Shown here: positions 25,259 through 34,401 of the stretch, piece by piece
Position numbering within the stretch: the stretch's first letter is position 1
Layout of the letters: every line of letters starts with the position of its first letter
IMG/VR virus record: IMGVR_UViG_3300024262_000125
Location: 1 to 34,448 of that record
DNA from: a virus
Taxonomy: Duplodnaviria; Caudoviricetes
Length of the DNA: 34,448 bases
Strand: one strand, 5' to 3'
Translations under genes and position numbers: made by a program
The notes under the pieces: generated by a model
Database searches by the model: none
What the model was told of the DNA's origin: nothing
Seen by the model: the letters and a program-made list of their open reading frames with translations, nothing else

Positions 25259-25849
25259 ATGCAGTTAGTAATTGAATTGGATTCAAATTTCGATAAAACC
25301 ATCGCCGAATTAGGCTCGATGGGCGGGCGCATCGGCGCCGCCGCCGGCAGGGGCCTCCTGGCGGCCGGCCAGTTAGCGGCGAACAACGTCGTTAAAAACT
25401 ACCTGACCGGCCAGGCCTTAAAAAGACGCAGCGGCGACCTGGCCCGCGCCGTCCAGTCCTGGGGCGAATCGCCCGACGATGTAGTCGTAGGCGTCAGGCC
25501 CGGCTCTGCGGTCGCCAAGTACAAATGGCTGCTCGGCGACGAGCAGATGACCATTACCCCCAATCGCGGCCATTTCCTGGCCATCCCGGCCGGTGAAAAT
25601 CTTACGCCCACCGGCAGGACCCGCTACGAATCGCCCCGCGATAAGCCCGAAGGCTTTTTCGTTCGCACCGGCAGCCAGCTCCTGTTCGGCTACCGACGCG
25701 GGAAAACGAAACGGGCAAAGTTCAGGCTGCTCTTTGTATTGGTCCCGTCAGTCTTTGTTCAGGGTACCGGCGCACTTGCCGACGGCGTCCTCGACGTCGA
25801 AGACAACATGACCGATCTTGTCCAGGCAAGGATCGAGGGGGTGAACTAA
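25259..25849 (+). CDS. Neck/tail-completion protein
   Basis: L.GQ.LKRRSG.L.R.V...I.P.....LAIP pattern; synteny. Confidence 0.7.
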   Translation: MQLVIELDSNFDKTIAELGSMGGRIGAAAGRGLLAAGQLAANNVVKNYLTGQALKRRSGDLARAVQSWGESPDDVVVGVRPGSAVAKYKWLLGDEQMTITPNRGHFLAIPAGENLTPTGRTRYESPRDKPEGFFVRTGSQLLFGYRRGKTKRAKFRLLFVLVPSVFVQGTGALADGVLDVEDNMTDLVQARIEGVN

Positions 25850-26328
25850 TGGCCAACGACGGCGGTATGATTGCCCTGCTCGAACAATGGCTCGCCGACA
25901 CCCTAAAGGCCCTGACCAGCGGCGGCAAAGCAATCTTTAATACCGCCGACGTATGGCGCCACCAAATCGGCGCAACCGCAGGCGGCATGGAGGCCTTCAG
26001 CCGCTTCGAGCCCTTCGCCTTCGTCTCGTACCAGGCGACCGACGCCGCCCGCGAGGGCGATTACGACCTTCGCCAGGTCATCGAGTTCGCCATCCTCATC
26101 GGCGTCGAATCGCCAAAGGCCGGCGACGCCCGCATCGGCGAATCATCGGCGAAGCTCGGCGTCAGTAAAATCCGCGACCTGGTCATCGCCGCCTTCGACC
26201 GGCAGCACCCGGCCGGCGGCCTGAAGTGCGATGAAATATATTACACCGGCGACTTCGAGGTGCTGGACTCGCCGAAACGGTACATGATTCAAATGAACTT
26301 TGAAACCAGCTATTTAGCAGTGGAATAA
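25849..26328 (+). CDS. Tail terminator-like protein (Mu gp37-like position)
   Basis: MIA.LE..L...L...P.AFV.Y pattern; directly before the tube gene. Confidence 0.65.
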   Translation: MANDGGMIALLEQWLADTLKALTSGGKAIFNTADVWRHQIGATAGGMEAFSRFEPFAFVSYQATDAAREGDYDLRQVIEFAILIGVESPKAGDARIGESSAKLGVSKIRDLVIAAFDRQHPAGGLKCDEIYYTGDFEVLDSPKRYMIQMNFETSYLAVE

Positions 26329-26352
26329 AACTTAATTTAAGGAGTAAAAACA

Positions 26353-27270
26353 ATGGCAACTGTAAACAATCGGCTGCGAACGCCGCAGGCGGTAACCATC
26401 AACGCCGTCACCGCCGGCGGCACGACCATTTTGCGCATCGATTGCGGCTACGACGAGCGTCTCGAATCGCCGCCCGACGGCCTGGAAGTGCCGCTCAAGG
26501 ACAAATGCACCGAGTACGTTCGCGGCGTCATCACTTCCCAGGACTGGCCGATGTTTATCGACCTGCTGACCGGCGTTCTCGGCACCGGCGTATTCTACGA
26601 GCGCAAGAGCGGCGTCGCCATTGAGACCGGCTTCGTCCAGCACACGCTGACAGCGCCGGTCATCTACCGTGCGGTAATGAATTTCGTCAAGGGCCAGTAC
26701 GGCACCGTCGAGTACGCCTTCGAGTGCAGGCCCGCCGACGAGACCAAGGGCATCGCCGATATGTGGGTGCCATTGGATGAGCAGGCGGCCCCGACCTACG
26801 TCAGCTCCGCACGCGGCGGCTACCGCATCGTATCGGCCGTATTCAGCAGCGGCGAAAACCTCATCAATATCTACCACGTAACCGGCTTTACCTTCACCTT
26901 AGAGCTGCCTCTGGTAAAGGAATCAAACGACGGCGACATCGGCTATACCTGCTGCGAGGCGATGCTGGACGGTATCAAGGCGACGGGCTCGATTACCTTC
27001 CAGGACGCCGAGATCGCAGCCTCGCTTCTCAAGGCCCAGGCCCTCCTGGCGGCGACCAAGGACCAGCTCATACTCACGGCAACCCAGGGCCAGGGCGCAT
27101 CGGCCAAGGCTATCACTCTTTTAGGAGTCGATTTTACGACTATGGGCGACGATGCGCGGGCCGACGTCAACCGGCCGTTCGGCGAATATACCGTCAATTT
27201 TGAAATCGCCAACGACGTCGATACCCAGCTTACTTTGGCAGGCGCCAACAAGATAATTGCGGTAGCGTAA
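26353..27270 (+). CDS. Major tail tube protein with an internally duplicated domain
   Basis: AAGGAG SD; position before the tape measure; two homologous halves. Confidence 0.7.
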   Translation: MATVNNRLRTPQAVTINAVTAGGTTILRIDCGYDERLESPPDGLEVPLKDKCTEYVRGVITSQDWPMFIDLLTGVLGTGVFYERKSGVAIETGFVQHTLTAPVIYRAVMNFVKGQYGTVEYAFECRPADETKGIADMWVPLDEQAAPTYVSSARGGYRIVSAVFSSGENLINIYHVTGFTFTLELPLVKESNDGDIGYTCCEAMLDGIKATGSITFQDAEIAASLLKAQALLAATKDQLILTATQGQGASAKAITLLGVDFTTMGDDARADVNRPFGEYTVNFEIANDVDTQLTLAGANKIIAVA

Positions 27271-27273
27271 ATT

Positions 27274-29310
27274 ATGGCAAAAGACGTAAATATACATCTT
27301 AAGACTCGCGGCGCCGAAAAGACGAAGGAGGACTTTCGCGGCGTAGGCGCCGCCGGCCGCAAGACCGGCGAGGACGTCGCCGGCGGACAGAAGCAGGGCG
27401 GCCGCGCAACGGACCAGGCGTCCGCAAAGCTCGGCATTATGGGCCGCACCATCGGACGTCTAAAGACCCAGGTATTCAGTCTCGTCGGCGCCTGGCTCGG
27501 CATGCAGGGCCTCCAAAGAATCTTCGCCTTCGTAATTGCGCGGTTGGAGCGCATACTGGAATTGCAAAAGCAGATATACCAGAAATCCCTGGCCCTGTCC
27601 GAGGTCGGCCAGGCCCTCGAGTTCCAGACCGGCACCGCCGGTCGCCAGCGTGAATGGACCCGCCGCGCCCTCGAGCTTCAAAAGGCCGGCGGTTTTCCCA
27701 CTATCGACGTCGCCAGCCAGATGCTGGTCTCCATGGACATCGCCTTTGCAAAGCACGGCGGTATAAAGCAGCAGTGGGTTCGGGACCTGGGCAAACAACT
27801 GGCCCCCTTCATCGGCGCAGCGTCAATGGCCGGTCCCGAGGTGGGTAAACTTTTTGAGTTCGCAGGCACCGCCGGGGTAGAGCCAACCGCCGAGGCTTAT
27901 AAAGCCTATCTTGCCAAACTCCACGCCGGTTATACCGCCAGCAAGGCAACTATTTTTGGCCAGTTTATGGTTGGCCTGCAAAAAGGCGGCACCGCCTATA
28001 TCGGAATGGGCGGCACGCTCGATGAGGCGATAAGCACCTTCGTTTCGGCCCGCTCGGTAACGGCCAACGAGTCGCTTGCCGCAAGCCTGATGGAGCAGGC
28101 ATCCCGCCTGGCGGGCGGCGCGTACGAAAAACCGCGAGCCGCGATGGAGAAGGCCCTCGGCGTCGACTGGTCAACGCTTACTATGGGGCAGAAGATGCAG
28201 TCCCTGCTGAAGTACGTAAGTGCGATACCCGAATCGCAGCGAATCCAGCGGCTCACACAGATAGGCTTTCCCGCCGAGCTGACCACGCAGATAAGCAAGC
28301 TCGTCTCGCCCGAGGCCGTCGGCACAATGGCCCAGGCCCGCGATGAAGTGTTGAGCGCCACGGCCGATACGCTCGGTCAAACGACCGATGCGTATCTGAA
28401 AAGCACCCTGGGTAAGGCCCGGGTTACCGATACACGGGCTGATGTCATCCGCACGGCACACGCTGAAAAATTCGCCGACTGGCAGAACCGTCTCACCACT
28501 GCGAAAGGGGCGGCTGAGGATGCGATTGCCACAACCGATCTTATCTGGATGAAAGATTCGATTGCGCCGCACGTCCTCGCAATGATCAAGCTGAGCAAGG
28601 ACATCGAGCAATTCTCGGCGAAATTGCCCGAAGGCCCCCTGCGCGGGCGCGCCGAGAAAATACGCAGCGACATACGGCAGACCCTGAGCTGGATGATACC
28701 CGGCGGCCGACTTTTCAAAAGTCTATCCGCCTGGCTGCCGATGGGGCCGGCCCAGCTACAACACGCCGTTCCTTTTTTATACCCCAAAGGTCTCGCCGGC
28801 GTACGAGGTTACCAGTACACGGAGCGTTTCAAGGAATTGCAGCAGGAAGCGGCCAAGGCCGAGCAACCTACCGCCGAACCGCCCGCGCCCGCGCCCGCAA
28901 CAACCGAAGGCGGCGCCGCCTACGGTCCGCCGCCTGTCGAAGCCGCGCCGGTGGAAATCGAGCTGCCGGTGACGGGCAGGCCGAAGGTGCAAGAGCCTGA
29001 GCCGGTGACGCTAAGCGCCAAGGCCGAAGGCCAGACAACGGAAGTAGAGCTGCCGGTAACGGGCAGGCCGGAAATTAAAGAACCCGAGCCGCCTCCAATG
29101 GTCGAGAGTGCAGAAGGTTCATTCGAAGAAGTTGAAGCGCCGGCGCCGGCGCACGCGCCCGCGCTGATTCTTTCGCCGCTGCCGGCCGGCGCCGCCGTCG
29201 AAGCCCCGCCGCCGCAGGTCGTGCACGTGCACCACTATTACGATTATGGAATCCACTATCACGGCGGCAACGGCTACGAGCCGTCGCCGCGATACGAGCA
29301 GGTGGGATAA
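27274..29310 (+). CDS. Tape measure protein with Pro/Glu-rich C-terminal extension
   Basis: MAKDVNIHL..RG start; long Ala/Gly/Leu helical body. Confidence 0.8.
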   Translation: MAKDVNIHLKTRGAEKTKEDFRGVGAAGRKTGEDVAGGQKQGGRATDQASAKLGIMGRTIGRLKTQVFSLVGAWLGMQGLQRIFAFVIARLERILELQKQIYQKSLALSEVGQALEFQTGTAGRQREWTRRALELQKAGGFPTIDVASQMLVSMDIAFAKHGGIKQQWVRDLGKQLAPFIGAASMAGPEVGKLFEFAGTAGVEPTAEAYKAYLAKLHAGYTASKATIFGQFMVGLQKGGTAYIGMGGTLDEAISTFVSARSVTANESLAASLMEQASRLAGGAYEKPRAAMEKALGVDWSTLTMGQKMQSLLKYVSAIPESQRIQRLTQIGFPAELTTQISKLVSPEAVGTMAQARDEVLSATADTLGQTTDAYLKSTLGKARVTDTRADVIRTAHAEKFADWQNRLTTAKGAAEDAIATTDLIWMKDSIAPHVLAMIKLSKDIEQFSAKLPEGPLRGRAEKIRSDIRQTLSWMIPGGRLFKSLSAWLPMGPAQLQHAVPFLYPKGLAGVRGYQYTERFKELQQEAAKAEQPTAEPPAPAPATTEGGAAYGPPPVEAAPVEIELPVTGRPKVQEPEPVTLSAKAEGQTTEVELPVTGRPEIKEPEPPPMVESAEGSFEEVEAPAPAHAPALILSPLPAGAAVEAPPPQVVHVHHYYDYGIHYHGGNGYEPSPRYEQVG

Positions 29311-29687
29311 TGTCAATTGCCCTGACTAACGTATTCGGCTCTGAAATACGGCTTGCCGTCCAGCCGCGTACTATGGTCCGCCAGTTCTCCGGCTTTCCCG
29401 GCGCCCACGGCCTGACGGCGATGAGTATGGGCACGAGGGGCTACGCCCTGCAGGTCTCCGGCACGCTGCGGGCCGCCAGCCGCGCCTTTCTCGAGGTCGC
29501 CGTCCGCCTCATCGAGCAGTACCTCTGGCGAGCAGCCGATGCCTACAGCTTCGCCGGCAGCACCTACGGCTACGTCGTCTGGAACCAGTTCGAGGTCCTT
29601 ACTGATTCGGCCGGCAAAGCCGTCCACTATACCTCCGAAGGCTGGTACGTCTGTAAGTTCGTCATGCACGGCAGGAGCCTTCTATGA
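29310..29687 (+). CDS. Distal tail-type protein
   Basis: Position after TMP; FPG..G...M.MG.RG..L.V.G.L pattern. Confidence 0.6.
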   Translation: MSIALTNVFGSEIRLAVQPRTMVRQFSGFPGAHGLTAMSMGTRGYALQVSGTLRAASRAFLEVAVRLIEQYLWRAADAYSFAGSTYGYVVWNQFEVLTDSAGKAVHYTSEGWYVCKFVMHGRSLL

Positions 29688-31837
29688 GCCTCACCGACGC
29701 CAGGCGACTAAGCCGCACCGCGCAAATGCTCATCGTCGAGGCCCGCCGCTGCGTCGGCAGCCCGCCGGCATACGAACCCGACTGGCAGCCGGTATGGTCC
29801 GCCCGCGTCGAGCGCATGGTCATCGCCGCCGGCGCAAAGTCATCGACCGCCGTCATCACATTTCCCGATATTCGCTGGGACGCCAACTGCGGACTTCAAT
29901 GGTCGGACATGGTGCGCATCCGCTCGAACGAATTTCCACCGCCCGCACGCGCGGTAATCTTCTGCGGATTTATAACCTCGGTAAAGCGGGCCTTCGCCGG
30001 TGGCGATGAAAAGTCCGGCGCCTTCGAACGCAACAGCCTGCTGGTAGCCGACCACCGCTGGCTGCTTGCCGCATCGAGCGTCCTTTACGGCCAATTAGCA
30101 CGCAGCCCGGACGATTATTATTTCTTCGGTCAACCCACCCAGTCGCCGAGGTGGGGCCGCTATACCCACCTGACCGGACGCCGCCTCATCTTCAACGAAT
30201 CCGGCCGGCCCAACCGCGACGCCGACTCCCTGGCCGTCCTGGACGCCGCAGGTGGCGTAATGTGCCGGATGGGCGTATTTGCAGACCCTGCCGTCGCAGA
30301 ACACTGGACGGCCCGCCAGATGCTCGTTTACGTCCTGAGTCCCATCTTCAACGCCGCCTACGATTACTTCCCGCTGGCCGACCCATCGGCGCTTCTGGGC
30401 CTGGAGCATCCCGATTTCGACAAGGTACTCAATCACATCTTGGTGGGGGGCCTCAACGTGATGGAGGCGGTCGAAACCATTTGCCGCCCCCTGGGCTGGT
30501 CCTTCCGTGAGGAATACTACGCCGACGGCGGCATATCCCTGGTATTTTACAAGTGCGGCGAGGCCTCCGCCTACAGCCGCAGCGAGGCCGAGCGCATAAT
30601 AGTCCACCGCCTGTACGCGCCGGCAGCCGGCGAGACCATCGACGCCGCCGTCGCAGGCGGCGAAAAAATGTTATGGTCGGCCGAGTTCGACGAGGACATC
30701 CGCCAGGTGGTCAACGCGCCCGTAGCCTTAGGCGCACCCGACCGCTTCGAGTTCACCGCCCAATTGGTCCCCGCCTGGTCGGACGCCGACTTTGCGCCCG
30801 ATACATCCGAGGACAACGCCAACCTGTTTTTTACCGATGCCGAATTGCAGGAGATTACCGACAAAAACAGCAAGGATTACTATAAGTATTACCACATTGC
30901 CGGCTCGTCACTGCTGCGCGAGGTCTGCCGCAAATGGTCGCTCAACGAAACCGGCAGGTATTCTGCCAGTCCTTACGGGCGGGGCCTTCCCTTCGATTTC
31001 ACAACGGTCATTCCCTACCGGTATATCCTGTCGTCCTCCGGCAGGCGTTTGTTTGGTCCTTTCACCCGGTATTTGCTGGATTGCCTGACTCAGGACATCA
31101 ACTCTGCCAATACCGTAGGCGTAAAGGTGGAATTTTCCCTGGACGGCGGCGCAAGCTGGCAGGTCATGTGCGGCGCTGTACCGGTGTTGAGTAAGGAGGC
31201 CGGCATCTACATCGCCGAGCCCAATCTTGCTTTGATGGTCGACGAATCCGAAGCGACCATCGAAGGCGGCGCTTTAGACGGTGTTCAGCTCAACTACTTT
31301 ACCTCGCTTGCGGACGATAAAGTCAACGGCCGGTCTTTTGTCGCCGGCGAATGGCGCACCCGCGTCCGCGTCACCGCATCGGTGCAGCTCGACATGCGGT
31401 TAGTCCGCCGTTCAGCGCCCGGATGGTCAAGCGGCTCACCCTTCTGGCAGGCCCGCATTTACGATTTTTCCGAACGCTACGGCATCTGCGACCGCACGGC
31501 ATCGAGCGTATTCGAGAACACCGGGATACCGGCGTATCAATACAATACCGGCGGACTCATGGCCTCGCACTTAGACGCCATCCGCCGGGCAAACGAGGAC
31601 ATGAGCATCTCCGGCGTCTTCACCCTCGATAGATTATGGTTAGGCGACGGCGCGGGCTATCCCGCCTTCGCCGTCGGCGACTGCATCGAGCAGGTGGCCG
31701 GGCGGGCCTACGGCCTGACCGCCGCCTTCGGAACCGAGATTTTGCACCCCGAAATTATCCAGATTGTCTACCTGCCCAACCAGCAGCGGCAGCAGTTAAT
31801 AACGCGTGATCTTAGATTTGCGGATATGAATAAATGA
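29684..31837 (+). CDS. Tail tip / baseplate hub protein
   Basis: 717 aa; IF.G.I...D.RWLL...W....M..Y...L..I....GW.F pattern; synteny. Confidence 0.65.
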   Translation: MSLTDARRLSRTAQMLIVEARRCVGSPPAYEPDWQPVWSARVERMVIAAGAKSSTAVITFPDIRWDANCGLQWSDMVRIRSNEFPPPARAVIFCGFITSVKRAFAGGDEKSGAFERNSLLVADHRWLLAASSVLYGQLARSPDDYYFFGQPTQSPRWGRYTHLTGRRLIFNESGRPNRDADSLAVLDAAGGVMCRMGVFADPAVAEHWTARQMLVYVLSPIFNAAYDYFPLADPSALLGLEHPDFDKVLNHILVGGLNVMEAVETICRPLGWSFREEYYADGGISLVFYKCGEASAYSRSEAERIIVHRLYAPAAGETIDAAVAGGEKMLWSAEFDEDIRQVVNAPVALGAPDRFEFTAQLVPAWSDADFAPDTSEDNANLFFTDAELQEITDKNSKDYYKYYHIAGSSLLREVCRKWSLNETGRYSASPYGRGLPFDFTTVIPYRYILSSSGRRLFGPFTRYLLDCLTQDINSANTVGVKVEFSLDGGASWQVMCGAVPVLSKEAGIYIAEPNLALMVDESEATIEGGALDGVQLNYFTSLADDKVNGRSFVAGEWRTRVRVTASVQLDMRLVRRSAPGWSSGSPFWQARIYDFSERYGICDRTASSVFENTGIPAYQYNTGGLMASHLDAIRRANEDMSISGVFTLDRLWLGDGAGYPAFAVGDCIEQVAGRAYGLTAAFGTEILHPEIIQIVYLPNQQRQQLITRDLRFADMNK

Positions 31838-32307
31838 GTGCGATTATAACGGTCGATTTCTGTGTGCCGGCGGGCTATTTGCCCGGCGATTACTGCCGAT
31901 TGTTTTCAAACGGCGGCTCGGGCGCCGTGGATTACGAAACGCCCGTTGTTCCGGATGTGTTTGAATTATTTCCTCGAGGCGCCGGCATCTACGGCTTCGG
32001 CCTGGCGCCCTTCGGCTCTTTCCGGTTCGGCTCAGCCCACTCGATGCGAACCGCCGGTTTCGGCAATCTTCCCTTTGGCAGATTCCCCTTCGGCTTAGGC
32101 GCCGTCTGGGTCAGGGCGAAGAGCCAGGTCGATTCCTGCGGCCAGTACAAATTCGCCTTCAAGGCCTACGATGCCGCCGGCAACGCCGGCGCCGGCAGCC
32201 CGGAAGAGGTCTCCGTCGACGTCCACATAGCCCCGCCGCAGCCGAGCGGCCTGGTCAAGGTCAGTTACGACAAGGTTACGGATATCCTGGTCTTAGAAGC
32301 GGCGTAA
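31834..32307 (+). CDS. FN3-like tail protein with G(F/Y)G..PFG repeats
   Basis: YKFAFKAYDAAGN...PP.P..L; GFGLAPFGSFRFG / GFGNLPFGRFPFG. Confidence 0.7.
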   Translation: MSAIITVDFCVPAGYLPGDYCRLFSNGGSGAVDYETPVVPDVFELFPRGAGIYGFGLAPFGSFRFGSAHSMRTAGFGNLPFGRFPFGLGAVWVRAKSQVDSCGQYKFAFKAYDAAGNAGAGSPEEVSVDVHIAPPQPSGLVKVSYDKVTDILVLEAA

Positions 32308-32308
32308 A

Positions 32309-32341
32309 GAGTTTTGAGTTTTGAGTTTTGAGTTTTGAGTT
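32309..32341. repeat. Heptamer tandem repeat (GAGTTTT)4 + GAGTT
   Basis: Directly visible, just upstream of an AAGGAG SD. Confidence 0.95.
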
Positions 32342-32358
32342 ACAGAAAGGAGTTTATT

Positions 32359-32820
32359 ATGAAGCGTTGGCTCAGGATTGGAACAATGGCGCTCGTTTTG
32401 GGATTTTTAACATTAGGCTTGGCCGACCAGGAATGCCCGCCGCCGGTGGTTGTGGATCCTAACGACGTCGGATTCGAATACGATGCCGGGCAGGTCCCCT
32501 GGCCCATTATTAAGGCCGAGCGGATACCGCTTGGCGAGGCCTTCTCCTGCGGCCTGGCGTGCTGCGACCCCGAGGAGATGCCGCTCAGCGTGCAGGTCGA
32601 TGCCGGCCCTGCGGCGATGACCGTAACGCAGGCCGGCAACGATACCGAGGTATTCCGGCTGGTCTGGACGCCGATGGAGACGGGCGTGCACTATATCGAG
32701 GTATCCTGCACGGATACGGAGCCGCCCGACACCGATGGTCCGAAGACCACGCGAAGGTGCATCGTGCTCGACGTCTACCGTATCAACCAGCCGCCGGTTA
32801 TTACCGGCTGCGGCGGTTGA
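32359..32820 (+). CDS. Secreted Ig/cadherin-like domain protein (moron)
   Basis: Sec signal MKRWLRIG...GLA; DPE..PL...GP..M.....L.WTP...G...I.V...D...NQPP.I. Confidence 0.75.
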   Translation: MKRWLRIGTMALVLGFLTLGLADQECPPPVVVDPNDVGFEYDAGQVPWPIIKAERIPLGEAFSCGLACCDPEEMPLSVQVDAGPAAMTVTQAGNDTEVFRLVWTPMETGVHYIEVSCTDTEPPDTDGPKTTRRCIVLDVYRINQPPVITGCGG

Positions 32821-32914
32821 AAAAAACAGCCGCTCTTTGACAAGTTAACAGGTCCACAGAAGGTATAAAAAACAGATGCCGGGGCCCAGGGCCAACCCTG
32901 ACAGCTATGATATC

Positions 32915-33322
32915 TCACTCCGGGAGAGGCACAACGGCCTTTAGTACTCGATTGTGAACAGCACGTTGAATTTCCGCCTTGCTCTCGTTTGACCGTCTGG
33001 TTGTTTCGGCATCAAAAGCGTCTTGCCAATACGGCAATACTTCCACGTGAGACAATTCGGTCGTAAGGGCGTGCTCCAGGCGTGTCACTCTCTCTTCGAG
33101 CAGCTTGAGTCTTTTCTGAAAACGACTGCGAGCCAGGTAGAAGGCCTGGTTCTGGTGATGTGGGTTTACTTGGTGCGGCCCCACCGTCAAATCCTTTATT
33201 CGCTGACGGTCCGCCTCTTCCCAATGGGTGGTAGGTGGATACTTCTGAGCATACCCGGTAAGACAGATTCCCCCTATCAACACCACAACCAGCACCACGA
33301 GCGACAACGTTTTGGTTTTCAT
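32915..33322 (-). CDS. Exported hypothetical protein (reverse-oriented moron)
   Basis: Signal peptide-like N-terminus; AAGGGA SD; own promoter. Confidence 0.7.
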   Translation of the reverse strand: MKTKTLSLVVLVVVLIGGICLTGYAQKYPPTTHWEEADRQRIKDLTVGPHQVNPHHQNQAFYLARSRFQKRLKLLEERVTRLEHALTTELSHVEVLPYWQDAFDAETTRRSNESKAEIQRAVHNRVLKAVVPLPE

Positions 33323-33376
33323 GCCAGGTCCCTTTCTCGGATAAAATGTTTTCCAGTTCGAGGTACGTCAAGTCCC

Positions 33377-33404
33377 ATTATAGCGGAGTGCCCGGGAAAG
33401 TCAA
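33377..33404 (-). promoter_or_regulatory. sigma70 promoter for the reverse moron
   Basis: Minus strand TTGACT, 16 bp spacer, TATAAT. Confidence 0.7.
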
Positions 33405-33588
33405 GGGTAAGCTCCTCCTGACCATCAACAACCACCCCGATATTCGCAAGCTCTACAAGGGCCTGCCACAACTGACAATAAATGTGACCTATTCGGTCGC
33501 CCGCGACAAAAGCGCCAAGTCGCGGAAAAGAACCGAGCTCATCATCGCCAATTACCCGTTACCCGGGAAAGGAGCTGATAATAAATGA
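33397..33588 (+). pseudogene. C-terminal remnant of a Dam-like (D12 class) adenine methyltransferase
   Basis: KVKGKLLLTINNHPDIRKLY...YSV...RTELIIANY matches the D12 MTase C-terminus; no SAM-binding or DPPY motifs upstream. Confidence 0.8.
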
Positions 33589-33815
33589 AATTCGAGGATG
33601 CCGTAAAATTAGTCCAGCTTCATTACGAGGCCGAGGAGGATAACCTCGCCCCGTTCGTGTCGCCGCTGGAGGCTTACGAAGCGATTACGAAGGACCTCAA
33701 AAACCTCAGAGCCCAGGTCTTCCGAAAGCCCGGCGACAGGAAGCTTGATTCGATGTGCATCGAAGCCGCGCACTTAGCGGCGACGGTACTGCGATTTATG
33801 ACGGAGCTGACCTGA
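33585..33815 (+). CDS. MazG-like all-alpha NTP-pyrophosphatase fold protein, degenerate
   Basis: F.S..EAY..I......L...V...M..EA...AA...RF..EL pattern; AAGGAG SD. Confidence 0.6.
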   Translation: MKFEDAVKLVQLHYEAEEDNLAPFVSPLEAYEAITKDLKNLRAQVFRKPGDRKLDSMCIEAAHLAATVLRFMTELT

Positions 33816-34375
33816 TAAATAGCGCTTAGCAAGTCCCGCGCTGTCTGCGGGATTGAAGATAATGTACCGCCCAACCGCCGGTCGAATCCATTCGAGCCTG
33901 ACTGACAGCATAACAGGCCGGCGACGGCGACCCTGTGTTTAGCAAATTCCGTGCCAGTTGCGGATTACAGCCAGACGCAGGCTGAATTACAGACCAGCCC
34001 GGCGATAAAAATCGTCGTAAACGGGCCGGTATTTTTCTGCGCTGCCTCGAATTTTTCACAAACCACCTAACATTTACAAAAGTTGCTGCGCATCAAAATG
34101 CGCATTGCGCTTCGTAAATTGCGCTTCGTTGGCTTGTTTTGGGTATTTTCTTAAACGTAAAACCGCCGTTTTGAACGCAATAAACGGTTATTAAACGTTT
34201 TTTACGGACCGGTTATTTTTGGCCATTTAGCTGGCGCAAAAGTGCCGATTCGGGTGGTTTTGGCCAAATAGCTTTTTTAAAATTTCCGCCTGCAGCCGCC
34301 CGTTGAATCCCCGTTTTTACCCCCTTATCCCGCGATTTCCCGCCTTTTCCCGCCTTTTCCCACCGCTCGGCAGTT

Positions 34376-34401
34376 ATGGCCATTTACGTTGTCGTTTCAC
34401 A
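34376..34401 (-). repeat. Right terminal inverted repeat / transposase binding site
   Basis: Reverse complement TGTGAAACGACAACGTAAATGGCCAT; additional TTTGGCCA copies at ~34218-34229 and ~34259-34268. Confidence 0.85.

Larger units (their letters stand above)
32..34401. mobile_element. Transposable (Mu-like) temperate phage genome, siphovirus-type tail, apparently complete
   Basis: TG...CA termini with matching terminal motifs; MuA/MuB/Gam/GemA/gp26-28-like genes; head and tail modules; no sheath gene and no tyrosine/serine integrase seen. Confidence 0.93.

Noticed and set aside
33391-33571. CCCGGGAAAG direct repeat flanking the methylase remnant as an insertion scar
   Set aside because: Only 10 bp, the second copy lies within coding sequence, and no mobile element lies between them
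33826-34059. 77-aa minus-strand ORF near the right end
   Set aside because: No SD or motif; lies in the terminal non-coding region
34105-34130. ATTGCGCTTCGT tandem pair near the right end
   Set aside because: Real two-copy repeat, but nothing ties it to a function (pac or host-factor site would be pure speculation)
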